A DNA stretch of 63,724 nt, counting the filler, from Choristocarpus tenellus KU-1152 (lineage: Eukaryota > Protista > Phaeophyceae): the NCBI GenBank assembly GCA_964200185.2. It is 11 parts of 11 records of this genome, joined end to end, with 100 filler letters (N's around TTAATTAATTAA, not from the genome) between each part and the next. Parts side by side here need not be neighbours in the genome. Positions count along the whole stretch, not along the records: positions 1 to 5,206 come from CAXNAD020011510.1; positions 5,307 to 9,739 come from CAXNAD020014576.1; positions 9,840 to 18,452 come from CAXNAD020004529.1; 8 more parts are not named here. One strand, 5' to 3'. The translations under genes and the position numbers were made by a program. The notes beneath the pieces are model-generated. The model did not search any database, had not been told where the DNA came from, and saw only the letters and a list, made by a program, of their open reading frames with translations. Below, piece by piece: positions 1 to 12,396 of the stretch (the first letter of the stretch is position 1; each line of letters opens with the position of its first letter).

Positions 1-2063
1 GGCCCTCTCGCAGGCACTGATAACCATCTCAGATGCCACCAGGACATGATTTTTCTCACGCACGACGATGGGACAGAGTTCACGTGCAACAAGCGAGTCA
101 CCGTCGACGACATCTTTGGCCATGGGAGTGATCCATCTCCTCCGGTGCTCCAAACCATGTGTGACGTCGAGCACCAAGGTGCTGCGATGGACATCCCCAT
201 GAGGTCCCTCCACTTCCTCGTTAACAGGTTTGTTAATTACGTCACACACGCCCTTCTTCATGGGAGCAACGACATTTTTTGTATAGGTGTAGATCATCGT
301 TAAACAGTAACGCAACAAGCTGGGTGACGGTTCAGGGGCGTCAAACCATACCATGAGTGTGTTTCCCTGAATCAGTATGTTAAGCGTCCAACTGCACCAA
401 GAGTGTGTTGCCCTGTATCAGTACGTTACTCGTACATTGCCATATGATGAATCTGTGCACAATACAATGTACTCCTTGGGATAATTTACGACCTTCCCTC
501 CTATGATAGCTACACGAATCCTGGGGACACCGCCGTCTCCTTCAGCGCAGAGAGGCACAACGTGACGGAGGCAGCCCTTGAACGGAGCAGGAGGGTGGAG
601 GTGTTCGTGTTCAACGTGGCGTCAAAGGACGATGTGAAAGAGAAGATGGAGACCTCCTTCGGCCGAGCCTACAAGAACGGCAAGTGGAAGGTAACAAGGG
701 TGTGCTGACTTCCTTCCATTTCTTTCCAACTTGTTGTCTGTCTTGGTTCGCTATTGATAGTGTCGGGCGTGCGGTTGTGGTAGTGATGCTTCCTTGTCCA
801 TGTTTACACATTGCTAACACGGTGCACGCGGTGACCCACATCACAAACGGAAATCGTGAGACCTCAAGACTTTGTGTGTGAGTGTCGGTACGTCGTAATG
901 TCCTCCTTCCCCACACGAAAAAACAAACGTGCTGCGGTACACCTCAAGATCTTGAACCAATGCTGGAATAACCCCTACGTACATGACGTAACCTTATCGC
1001 ATGGCAAACACTTCAATGCCACATGATTGGGCTGTCACATGTACGCACATGATGTTGCAGGTATCCACGTCTCTCGTTCAAGAACGCGTGATAGGCCCTT
1101 CCTGCCTGCCGGAAGCCTTGGGGCAGACCCTCGTCCCAATTGAGATGCAGCGATGTTTTGCTGATGCCGTCAATCCTAAGGGAAAGGCAATGGGACGCGA
1201 TGAGGCGACCGTTTTCGTTGCGAAGACGGTGGCGACGGACTTCGACTACCAGATCGAGGTGAATCTGGCATAGAATGCACTTCGTAACATATTTGTCAAG
1301 AACAAGTGGCAGAGTCGCGCTCTTGGCACGCAGTAGACACGTTTTTTTTCTCCCCGAGTCCTAATCTATCTAATGTGGCACCCAAATACGTCGCGTAGAA
1401 GACTATGGGCCTTGCGGATAAGTATTGGATCCGTTGTGTTTTCAACACTTGCCACAATAATGTTGCCGTTTTTGCACCACCTTCGGTAGCGCACCTCCAA
1501 ATCACGTCCATTCATGAATGACCGAACTCTGGCCCCCCCTCCAACACCCCTCCACCCCCCCCAACCCCACCACCGTCTTTGTCTTCCGCAATGCTCAGTC
1601 GATGCAAGCTCATCCTCGAATCCCACCGAAATGGCCTTATTCCCGCTTGACAGGAAAGACTACAAAGTCGGCAGAAATGACCTCCCTGCATGGGGTGATC
1701 TCCAAGTGTGCAACTCTCGATCAGAGGTCTTCCGTTCGATCTCTCTTGACGACCAAGAAGAACTGCATTCGGCTGCTTCATGTGACCAACAACAACCAGC
1801 TCAAGTGCATGCTTTTGCCTGGAACGGAGGTGTGTGGACCGCGCGCAGAGCTCTACTTGCGCATGGCAGCCACTTGCCCTCTCTACTACATGTGTTGGAC
1901 CGAGAAGGCAGACAACGCCAACATTGAATTCTCAAAAGTTCCACAGAGCGGAAGCTGTGACGAGGTCCTCCTCCCCTTCTCCCAGGTTGGCCCCGGGCAG
2001 ATGTTCGTCACACCCGTAGTCGGGAGGGTGTGCAAACCCCGGGCAAATAATGACACGAGATGA
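1..2063 (+). CDS. Spliced gene, 5'-truncated by the window edge: degenerate beta-class amino-DNA-methyltransferase-like region followed by a SET-like region (copy 1). Exons 1-227, 510-690, 1061-1258, 1599-1985 (or read-through to stop at 2063)
   Basis: GT..AG introns with matching phases (228-509, 691-1060, 1259-1598) give an open frame GPLAGTDNHLRCHQDMIFLTH...MDIPMRSLHFLVNS|YTNPGDTAVSFSAERHNVTEAALERSRRVEVF...GKWK|VSTSL...DFDYQIE|...LYLRMAATCPLYYMCWTEKADNANIEF. The two splice junctions shared with copy 2 fall at the same positions. Domain calls come from motif resemblance only. Confidence 0.6.
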
Positions 2064-2574
2064 CCGTTTAATGTGCTCCCGGGTCTTACGGTAGTGTATT
2101 CTCGTGGGTCATCATATAATGTCAATACTCGTATGCACTCAGTGGTAGCTTCTTCTTCTACTTGGCGACGATAGCAATTTAACAAATTAATAATATGAGA
2201 AAATAACACTTCTTCTCAGTCAGTCAGCCATCCATAATGACAACGAAACACCGCCCCGAAAAAAAACTTCCAAGTACTATTATTTTCTACCACCTCCACC
2301 ATCGACAGTCAAACGACTCCACCAACCGCACTAATTTTCAAGCAAGCAAGCCAACACAGGGCATATATGTACACGACAATCAAACGAAATCATTGCCACC
2401 CCCCATATACTGTCCTACTACCACCTTCGGGATGGATTACCATTCGTAGCGGGACCCTTCAAAAGTGCTGCAACATGTACAGAAAAAACATATGGGCACT
2501 TTCCGCGCACCATTTTGGGTCAAACTCATCCTCCATAGTATGCTCCATCCTCAATTTTGGTGATCGGCTGTTAT

Positions 2575-2671
2575 CTCATAACAGAAATGATAGCCAAGAT
2601 TACATCAGAATTGCAGCATTGGATTTTGTCCCCCAAATGGACGCGGCTCTACCCCTAAGATACTTTGGCTC
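2575..2671 (+). mobile_element. MITE family A, right-hand fragment
   Basis: Ends ...CCCCAAATGGACGCGGCTCTACCCCTAAGATACTTTGGCTC, as in the full copies at 22144 and 44691. Confidence 0.8.
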
Positions 2672-3279
2672 TGTGTGTGGAGTAAATGGACGAGCAAGTT
2701 GAATTTCTGGGATCATCTATCTATAGGTTACTATTATTGTGAGGGAGCAAAAAATTGTTAGGGTGCATTTTGAACGTACGTTACTCAGTGTGAGAAACAT
2801 GTTTTGAGATATGTATGGTTGGTTGGTTATGCTGACGATAAGTTTATAGTGAGTGATGTTGAATGTTCGGTTAAGCAAGTTGAGATTGTGTGTTATGGTC
2901 AAACAAAGCGATCGTTTGATGGTGATTTGTTGTACAGTTGAATCTATGGATGAATCTAGTGGCCGTTCTTGTGTGAGTTGAAGCAATAGCAGTGTTGACA
3001 TGATGACCTAGGCATGAGTTGTTGTTGCCCAAGTTGCCTATTCGCATCTGACTGAATCACAATGGACAAGACAGGAACCGGTTTGGGATCCTTATCGAAT
3101 TTCTTCTGGTACTTTGTGCCCAGGTGGGAATGTTGCTTCTAAATCCACCTGTGGTTATCATGGTCGAATAAGGCAGGTAGTGTAACAGACTGAAGGTGGT
3201 TGATTGTACATCCAGGATGCTCTCAGTCAGTTAACCAGTTTATTAACCTCTTAATCGGAGATGAACTGCTGAAGCACAC

Positions 3280-3590
3280 AGGGGAACCACCTCAGCCTTG
3301 GGGAACTACCACTGTTACACCTTTTTCACTTTTTGTAACGAAGCTTAGGGATGTTGTTCGCACATAGGTCAGAATTAGAGGGTTAGAGATAGGTTTTAGA
3401 AAATGTATGTGAAACAGTGCAAGGTTGTGGATCTTTCGACGGTTGTGGTTCGCAAGTGTATATTGGACTAGTGCACCACTTCTAGAACGTTTCTGGTTAG
3501 GGATATCTTTCACATAAAGTTAGAGCTAGGGTTAGGCTTACGAAAGCTCCTGTGAAAAAGTGAAAAAATATTGCAGTGGTGGCTCCCCTT
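3280..3590. mobile_element. Short element with about 45-bp imperfect inverted repeats and telomere-like internal sequence
   Basis: GGGGAACTACCACTG...TTTTTCACTTTTT...AAGCTT (3300-3346) is inverted relative to AAGCTCC...AAAAAGTGAAAAAA...CAGTGGTGGCTCCCC (3544-3588). A related copy lies at 52040-52220. Confidence 0.5.
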
Positions 3591-5206
3591 TGCACTGCAC
3601 TACTGTTGCTCTGCTACTTACTGTTCAATTTCCTTTTGTGTCACAAGGTTTTGTGTGGTGACCCAACGTAAATACATTGCTACATGTGTTCCCAAGCAAA
3701 CATTTATTTGGGGAGAGTTGGGAGGAATCCAAGGGAAGGGAACGCTGATGGCATGTAGAAGTAGAGTAGTATCAGTGATAAGGTGAAGATGGTTGCAAAA
3801 GAAGAGGAATAGGAAAGCAGGAGGAGACAGAAGGATAGTCCGTGAAAGTATTGTCATCCTTCAATTCCATGTCACCTGGAATCACGTGCCTTCTTCGTGA
3901 GTAAAACAAGACAGCATGCCTGCATACATGACGTACGTTTCTCACAGCATCTTCTCATCGACTTTTTTTTACTGTACACGACACACTACATTGGGTTTCA
4001 TTGGTTGATTCACCAACCAGCACTCCAGAATGCTACCGAGCCATGAGTATTAGTACCATCACCTACACACACAAACATTATGTTCTAACTCAGCAATAAA
4101 TTGCTTTTACCATCCAAGCAATGCATGCAAGTGCGTCACTTGATGGACCAGATTAAAATATAAAAAAACTACTTCAAAGCCACCTTTCATTGTGCTCACT
4201 GCAGGCCTAATTGGTCGACACTCTACTCACTTGCAGCTGAATTGACCTGCCAGCAAATCTACTTGATTGGGCAGGACTGCATGAGATAATATAGATGCGT
4301 AAAGCAAGTATCAAACATGGGATGGGGAAACCAAAAATCCCTCAAAAGGTTTATGTAAACTGGAGAGAAGCATCAAAGACAACGAAAATGAGACATTGCT
4401 CTTGATAGTAAAATCACAGTAGGAGTGGCACACTCAGCCAGCACCAACCAAGAACAATCTGTTCTCGAGTAGGAAAAAATAAACGAATTTAGTGGCATCA
4501 ACAGTAGGTGCATCACAACCATCTCGGCACACCAGGATCACTGCACATACTTCGCTTACAAGATAACTCAGAACCACAGAAACTGTCTAGACTTGAGATT
4601 TCCAACCTCACTTGACAGGAGTGGTCTTGTTTTCCACTGCCCCCCTGCCCCCCTCAACCTTACCATTCTTCGAAACCTCCCATTTAGCAACAGGCATCAC
4701 AATTTACGCATCAGCGGAGGCCACATCCTTCTCCAAGTTCTATGGGATCCATACAACCTATTACTACCAATGTCACCCTCCCCTTCCCCTCATTCCAGAT
4801 TCAGGATGCCCTCTCAACTCTCGACATTTAAAAGAAGAATCCTCATCTGAATACTCAAAAATTATGCCACATGCCTTAAAAGCTATCCCAAAATGTTCCA
4901 ACTCATCCCAAAACAAAAAAACTATCCCATTGACTGGATATACTCAGTTGCCCTTTGCCCAAGAAGCATGCGGCAACATGCATTGGCACAGCCTGCAGAC
5001 CATCTAACCTACGCCCCGCCCCCCCACCCCCCAACAACCTCTCAACCTAATTTGCGCGAAATGTCATATCCCTGGTCTTCCTTTCAACCAGGTCTCAGAG
5101 CTCCCAGACTTATTTCCTCTCAGCCCCCCAATATAGGAAGACCCCTTCCCCCCCTGTCACTAAGAATATCCTATCAAAGGACATCCCAGATGGAGAACTG
5201 CCACAT

Positions 5207-5306
5207 NNNNNNNNNNNNNNNNNNNNNNNNNNNNNNNNNNNNNNNNNNNNTTAATTAATTAANNNNNNNNNNNNNNNNNNNNNNNNNNNNNNNNNNNNNN
5301 NNNNNN
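5207..5306. other. Artificial contig linker N44-TTAATTAATTAA-N44 (also 9740-9839, 18453-18552, 22496-22595, 25443-25542, 42274-42373, 45226-45325, 48501-48600, 51160-51259, 59071-59170)
   Basis: Ten identical 100-nt blocks whose 12-mer gives stops in all six frames. Confidence 0.97.
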
Positions 5307-5734
5307 AATAGTGATTGCGGTGCTGTGATGACCCCTTCCTGACACAGCCCCCCCTCCCCCCCCCCCCCCTTCGCCCCGCTCCACCCCCCCACCCCCAAAC
5401 TCACTTGCTCTCTCCTCCGTGAAATTTCTTTGATTCTTTTATGTAAGGTCTGGGCATGGGCATAGGCATGGGCATGGGCATGGACATGGACTCAGATTTG
5501 GATTCGGATTCGGATTCGGACCAGGAAGGGGGAGGGGGAGGGGAAGGGGAAGGAGGCGTTGCTGCAGGTAAGAGAGACGCCTTCGAGAGCATTACCAATA
5601 CCCATGTAGTCATCCCTATACAGTATTCCTGGTTGTTATAGTTTTGGCTTGTGAGTACCCCCAGAGACTCTCCGATGTGGAAGCTGTGTTAGTGTCTATG
5701 TCTTGTATTAGGAGTGTGGTAGTATTTATGTCTT

Positions 5735-5737
<3 letters not shown>

Positions 5738-5769
<32 letters not shown>
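5738..5769. repeat. (ATT)n microsatellite
   Basis: Direct reading. Confidence 0.9.
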
Positions 5770-5904
5770 GAGTTGTGTGTGTTGATGGTTGTATTTTATT
5801 GTGTCGTTGAGGTTATGGTACAATTGTTTTATTTTGTCTTGAAGATTGAATGTTGTCAGGTTTGTCAGGTTGGAAAGACAAATGGCATCGCCATCACACA
5901 GATA

Positions 5905-6000
5905 CATATGTATGTGTATATGTGTTGATGTAATAGATGTATGTACGTATGTATGTATGTATGTATGTATATATGTATGTATGTATAGATGTATAGATGT
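5905..6000. repeat. (ATGT)n-like degenerate microsatellite
   Basis: Direct reading. Confidence 0.8.
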
Positions 6001-6101
6001 CTCTGCAGTGGTGAATAATATGTGTGTATGTTGTTCAAATGCAGTGGTAGAAGGATAGGTGTTTTTTTTGTGATCTCATTGTACTGTTTGGTGTTGTTCA
6101 G

Positions 6102-6327
6102 CATGTACTATATATATACATGTACTATATATATACATGTACTGTATATATACATGTACTATATATATACATGTACTGTATATATACATGTACTATATAT
6201 ATACATGTACTGTATATATACATGTACTATATATATACATGTACTGTATATATACATGTACTATATATATACATGTACTGTATATATACATGTACTATAT
6301 ATATACATGTACTGTATATATACATGT
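6102..6327. repeat. 17-bp minisatellite CATGTACT(A/G)TATATATA, about 13 units, mostly alternating A/G variants
   Basis: Direct reading. It explains the repetitive ORFs at 6022-6464. Confidence 0.9.
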
Positions 6328-7576
6328 ATGCTGGAGTAATATTTAATGTGAGACTAGCATTGATCGTGTTTATTGATGTATTTATAAATGTATATATAAA
6401 TGAATACATGCCTATGTTTTGTCACTTGTTTATTATTATTATTAGTATCATGTCTGATTTTTAAATATTTGTAACGTAGAAGCGGCCAAACTGGCTCTGT
6501 TTATTGATATTTTAAGACGATGATTGTTGTGTATTTTGAAGGTTTGGTGATGGACCGCAGGAAATAGTGTGGAAATTTCCCAGAACTGCAGTTTGCTTAA
6601 AAAAAAACCCTATGCTTCTAATTGTCCAGTCTCAAGGACCGTCAATCTGTACTTTATGCAGAGTGTTAGAGTAGTTGGATTCTTCATGTGTGTCATCCTC
6701 CTCTGATAGAGGCGACTGTCTTGATTGCAGTAGTGGTTGGCTTGCCTATTGTGGTTAGGGTCATGGGAAGCATGTGGTACACTGTTATTAGTAATTGATG
6801 ATGGTACAATGTCCAACCAATTCCAACTAATGCTAGAGTACCCTTTTTCCATGTCCAACTAATTACTAATTACTAACTAACTAATTGCAGTTATACCTTT
6901 GGGTCACGTTGTTCTGATTCCACCAGACTTGTGCTGGTTCAGTGGAAACCAGGGATATATATATATATATAAATAGAGTTGGTGAAACAGTATGGCCAAC
7001 TGTGAATAAATCTGATGGTGGTATGATATATTGAATCTATACAGTCAGCAGTATCTGTGTATATTGGTGGTATACCGTATGATGTCATACCGTATGATGT
7101 CATACCGATCCTACAGTCCTCCCAGTTACATTGTTGGTGGGAAAAAACAAAAAAATGGTATAAATACACTGTTCTATTTGCTTTCCTGGTGGAGGCAGAC
7201 ATCCCAAAACCTATGCCCATGGGCTGAAAGTCAGTTAGATGGTGGTCGTAGAGCACGTAGATGAGGTGGTGAAGTGGGCATTTGCCCCCTCCCCCTCACC
7301 ATTCTTGCTTAGTGTGTGTGAGGTGTACTGTGGTGTAGCAGGCGAAGAGACACCTACATTCTATGTTGAACTATATTGCAATCACTTTTGGAACGTATTT
7401 TTGTGGGTAAAATGGTTGCTTGAGTGTGGTCCGTTATTATGGAGAGCTTTTGAAGGTTGTGTGCCTGGTGTGAGGTTGCATCAGTTCCTATCAACACACT
7501 CTCACTTCAAACAATATGCAATATGTATACTTGGGTTATGTATGTTGATAGGAGTTGATGTAACCGTTCACTAACC

Positions 7577-7751
7577 CAGCCTCTGTAGGGCTCTACCATG
7601 TTAATTGTCTTCAAGTTGGAGGGCATTTTACTGTCAGCCTCTGTAGAGCTCTACCATGTTAATTGTCTTCAAGTTGGAGAGCATTTTACTGTCAGCCTCT
7701 ATAGGTCTCTACCATGTTAATTGTCGTCAAGTTGGAGAGCATTTTACTGTC
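7577..7751. repeat. About 58-bp tandem repeat x3
   Basis: Unit CAGCCTCTGTAGGGCTCTACCATGTTAATTGTCTTCAAGTTGGAGGGCATTTTACTGT. Confidence 0.85.
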
Positions 7752-7757
7752 ATGGAC

Positions 7758-7836
7758 ATTGTATTGGAAATTGTATTGGAAATTGTATTGGAAATTGTAT
7801 TGGAAATTGTATTGGAAATTGTATTGGAAATTGTAC
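7758..7836. repeat. 12-bp minisatellite ATTGTATTGGAA, about 6 units
   Basis: Direct reading. It gives the IVLE repeat in ORF 7656. Confidence 0.9.
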
Positions 7837-7911
7837 TGTCCCAATCAAGAGAGTACGAGAGGGTTGAAGGTCCATTAACGGGTCAAACCAACTACAAAAG
7901 GTAGGCGGCAT

Positions 7912-8022
7912 TGCATTTTAAGAATGACATTTTAAGGATGGCATTTTAAGGATGACATTGTAAGGATGGCGTTTTAAGGATGACGTTTTAAGGATGGCAT
8001 TTTAAGGATGACATTGTAAGGT
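7912..8022. repeat. 13-bp minisatellite RCRTTKTAAGGATG-like, about 8 units
   Basis: Direct reading. Confidence 0.8.
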
Positions 8023-8235
8023 TAAGGAACTCTCTCAACAAAGGGCAAAAAAAAGTTATTTTGTCAAACATAAAAAAATCAGGAAGAGCCTTTGCTGAAT
8101 TGTTGTGTCACAGTGTGTGTGGGAAAGAGATGATATGATTATCGATTTTTCACTATCGTGCACTTAAAAGCAATGGAATAGGGTGTGCGTTGCACAGGGT
8201 AAGGAAGACGACTTGGAATGCAAAAAGGTTCCAAA

Positions 8236-8267
<32 letters not shown>

Positions 8268-8604
8268 TGTATGTTTTTTTGACTCACAGCATAGTCTCGT
8301 GGTGTTGCAGCCAAGTTGTAGGTCTGTTGCCATCCAGTTGATGCATGCCCTCGTTGCAATAGAGTAGTTAGTTACTAGTTAGTGTGAATTATTACCTATA
8401 TATCGGGTTATCGGGTATGATTTAAAGTCTGTGCGCTTGTCTTACGGTTATAGGGTTAGGGTTAAGGTTAAGGTTAGGGTAAGGGTTGGGGTTTGGCTTG
8501 TTTTGACCTTTTTTGGTCTCTACTGTGACAGTATAGAGGCTGTTCCCTCACTCTGAAGGAGTGGAAATCGGATAGGTTTATGATGTGTTGATAGGTACGA
8601 CTTG

Positions 8605-8958
8605 GGGTCAAGAGTATGCATGCTGTTTTGGTCAAGAGTATGATGTGTTGGTCAAGAGTATGATGTGTTGATCAAGAGTATGATGTGTCGATCAAGATTA
8701 TGATTTGTTGATCAAGATTATGATGTGTTGATCAAGAGTATGATGTGTTGGTCAAGAGTATGATGTGTTGATCAAGATTATGATGTGTTGATTAAGATTA
8801 TGATGTGTTGATCAAGAGTATGATATGTTGATCAAGATTATGATGTGTTGATCAAGAGTATGATGTGTTTTCAAGATTATGATTTGTTGATCAAGAGTAT
8901 GCTGTTTTGGTCAAGAGTGTGATGTGTTGATCAAGAATATGCTGTTTTGGTCAAGAGG
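8605..8958. repeat. 20-bp minisatellite GATCAAGAKTATGATGTGTT, about 17 units
   Basis: Direct reading. Head-to-tail units with no spacers. Confidence 0.9.
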
Positions 8959-9840
8959 GGGGAAGAGTGCTTTATTTGAGTGTTGTATGTTTATGGCATG
9001 TGTTTGTTATGTTTGCAACCACGACTGAGATGGAGGCAGTGGTCGATGCTTTTTTGGACTTTGTGTGCATTTTTAATTTTTTTTTGGTTGTACTCTTGAC
9101 TCTTGACTCTTTGCAGACATATTTTGTTAAGGGGGGNNNNNNNNNNTTTTTTTTTTGTTTTGGGTGGGGGTGTTGTTTTTTTTTTTTTTTTTGTGGGTTT
9201 TTTTTTGGTTGGGGGGGGGGGGGGGACAAGAAGAAGTGACATGGTAGGGAATGCAGCAAAAACCCTGAAAGAGCTGGTGTTTCTTAGAATAGGCCTTCCT
9301 GTAAGACAGTGCTTGCACTACACTCCTGGGTGTATGGAAACAAGAGATGTAGGAGGATATGTGCAGTCAGAGCTACCCCATAGACTTGCGATATGAAAGC
9401 GGATTATAAACAAGGGTATAGATTTCCCGGAGTTGGTCAGGTCCCACCTTGACAACTAGCCCAGTGTTTTCAGCTTTAATGCATGGGGGTACACTGTGAT
9501 AGTCCATTTGTGATCAGCCCACCGATTTGTATTTTCAAATTGGAGATCGCCGCTGAGGAGATATTGGGGTGTCAAGAGACAATGTAGTGGTGAAAATATG
9601 CTTCTGATTTATTGAAGAAGGTAAATTAGTGATATGCCGTTGTCGGTTTCTTTCTACATTAGTACTTAGACCACCGTTATTTTTTTTAATTAACTTGGTT
9701 CCTGCTCATGTCCATTGTGTTCTTCCCCCCAGATCGGCANNNNNNNNNNNNNNNNNNNNNNNNNNNNNNNNNNNNNNNNNNNNTTAATTAATTAANNNNN
9801 NNNNNNNNNNNNNNNNNNNNNNNNNNNNNNNNNNNNNNNA

Positions 9841-9909
9841 CACCAAAAAAGTGAAAATCGAAAAAAGGGTGAAAAACGGACGCTGACACCCCCCCAGATA
9901 CTTTGACCC
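9841..9909 (+). mobile_element. MITE family C, right end
   Basis: AAAAAAGTGAAAATCGAAAAAAGGGTGAAAAACGGACGC...CCCCAGATACTTTGACCC, closely matching 57539-57605. Confidence 0.75.
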
Positions 9910-12396
9910 AAGTCAGACGTCGTACATGATTTGTTCTTTCATTATTCGTGGCGAATCGCTCCTTGAGGAAGTTTCCAATCTCGTCCCTCCGACTTTGAGC
10001 AGGGACTGCAAGTCGATTGGCCAAAACCAATGCCTCAGTAGTCATGTTTCCGAACGGGATGACATGAAATGCAGGGAGGTTCTGCACAGAGGAGAAGAAG
10101 GATCAGGAAAGGGCAAGGTTTGTTGACAGGAAATCAAAAAGGTCTACAGTAGAGCTGTGAGCATGATATATGTACTCCGGAGTATACGTTGTATCACTTG
10201 TCCTCAAGGTTGAAGAAACGCTGCAATGATATATTTGAGGGTGGAGGGGTAGCATTAATGTGAGCAACCAAGGAGAGGAAGCTTCTGTATGTTTCAAAAA
10301 CAACTTGATGGAATTTGAAACTGCTGGGGAAACCTTCATTATCGACTATATACAAAACGATTGTGGGCATCGTCGTATTTAGTAATCCCTGTCTTAAAAA
10401 AGCTTGCAAATTGTATGATCAGTGGCATGTGCTTGAACGTTGAGAAGAGACAAGGGTTGCAAAAAACGTTTGCCGAAAAAACATTGAAGAACCTAAATTG
10501 CAGGCCGCAGATTATTTTCCAATGACAGATAACTATCTATACATATAATTCTAAGCGTTTTACTTTTAGATCACTAGATGCCGCTTTTTATTAAGTATGT
10601 AACTCTCAGTGACACCAGCAACATTGAAAAATCACAATCGTGGCTCAGCAAGAAACATCATGTAGCGGGACGCAAAGACATATTACCTTGCTTAACAACT
10701 CGTAAGATACGTGTTTTCCGCACGATGCAAAAGAAGTATTCCCGAGTACTTCATAACCTATTCTTGGAGTACGATGGAGATGAGGCCAATCAAAGTTTTG
10801 AACTGATTATATTACCAAATAACCTCACATGCATAATCCGTCAAAGCCTCGAAGATAGGGGAAGTGAGAGGGTGAGAGGGAATTGTCGTACCTGTTTCAA
10901 GTCGCAGAAACAATGTTGTGGTCGAAAATGAGTGTTGATCTGCTGGAAAATGATAAATGCAGGACAGGGTGAGATATTATTATAGTGGTAATAAGGGGAC
11001 AGTCTAGGGCGAGATAGATTGCAATGAGAGAAATCATCGATCCACCTAAAATGAGGCCATAATCAGCATTGTGCCTTGCGAAATAAGGATCAGCGTTAAC
11101 ACTAGATATTTTATGGCAGTAGACTCACGTAAGATCATTAACTTTGTATGAACCACCCTAATCAAGATTCTACCTCATGTAACGCTTATCCCCCTCTTAC
11201 TTCATACTCAAAAAAGATCCCATCAGATTGACGAGCTACAGTTACCTTGCCTTCTTGCTTGGAACCACGATACACAGTCTGGGCCATGCTCTATGCTGAA
11301 TGCAGTACACGTTCTATCTCGGAATTACAGGTTGAACGTTGAACAAGAAAGGTCTCCGCACAACTCGATAAAGCGTACACCATTTCAATGTACGCCAAAC
11401 TATTGCAACTTAAAACAATTAAATACTTTAGCTAGCTCTATAGCATGAGATATGTGGTTGTGGTAAAAAAAAGTTATTCAGCATTGTCACATCCAATCAA
11501 AACTCAACTCAAAATATTGCAGCAGTGTAACTCAGGAAATGCAGTGAAAATGCCTGCATGAAGGAAGTACGGGCAAGTAAAACAATGCAGGCAAAAGTGG
11601 ACATACACATAATGTCCTAGGCATAATGACGACTGGTCAGGACACGTTTCTGGATAAATTAAACAGGAGTCGAATATTTATCATGTCATGGCCACCTGTT
11701 TTAGTGCACGTTCTCACCCACCTTGCATGGCCCATACTTTTCCACACTCCTCTCGATTCCGGCAACAAGAGCAGCAAACATTTGTTGCGGCACTGTCTCC
11801 ATCAGGACTTGCCATGTTGTGTCAGAGTAAGAGAACATTAAATGAATTGAAGTTTACACTGACAATGTCTGACGAAGTAGCAATGGAATCTTTCACCTTA
11901 TACACCCATACATCTCTGTAACAAACAACCGGCATCTAGCTCGATTAGCGACCCCCAATCTCCTATGAGAAATGTTCCAAGTACGCAGGAACTAAAAATT
12001 GCAATCCTCAAGTTGTGAACGAGAATGTCTTACTATGCTGGGTTTCAAAGAGGATACGGTTTGCTTGTAAATGGTTGCGCCTGCTTATAAGTGAATACAT
12101 CAATCCAGTATTTATAGCATTATTGATATCATCACATTTGGTCCATCTTTCAGACACACTCACAACACCATCTACCACAGTGGATATGCAGTAACATGAA
12201 TAAATTACTGCACTGAACAAAACAGAATCCACAGCATGCAAGAAAAAGAACCAACATAGTTGAGGGAAGGATGCATTGCATGCCTACACATAGCACTGGT
12301 GAGGTGCGTGCATTTCACCTCAAACAAGGACCCAATATCATGTGGCAGGAATGGTCTTGTTGAACCAGAGGTAGTATAAGGTAAGAACATTCTACT

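Noticed and set aside
288-375. Extra exon CRSSLNSNATSWV inside intron 228-509
   Set aside because: It has a stop in copy 1, and skipping it gives the clean LVNS|YTNPGD join. Not fully excluded as an alternative exon.
2700-3250. LINE RT remnant on the minus strand
   Set aside because: Motifs are recoverable only by assuming several mutations.
6022-6464. Tyr/Cys-rich repeat proteins
   Set aside because: Translations of the 17-bp minisatellite.
8605-8958. CRISPR-like array
   Set aside because: Units are contiguous with no unique spacers, the context is eukaryotic, and there are no cas genes.
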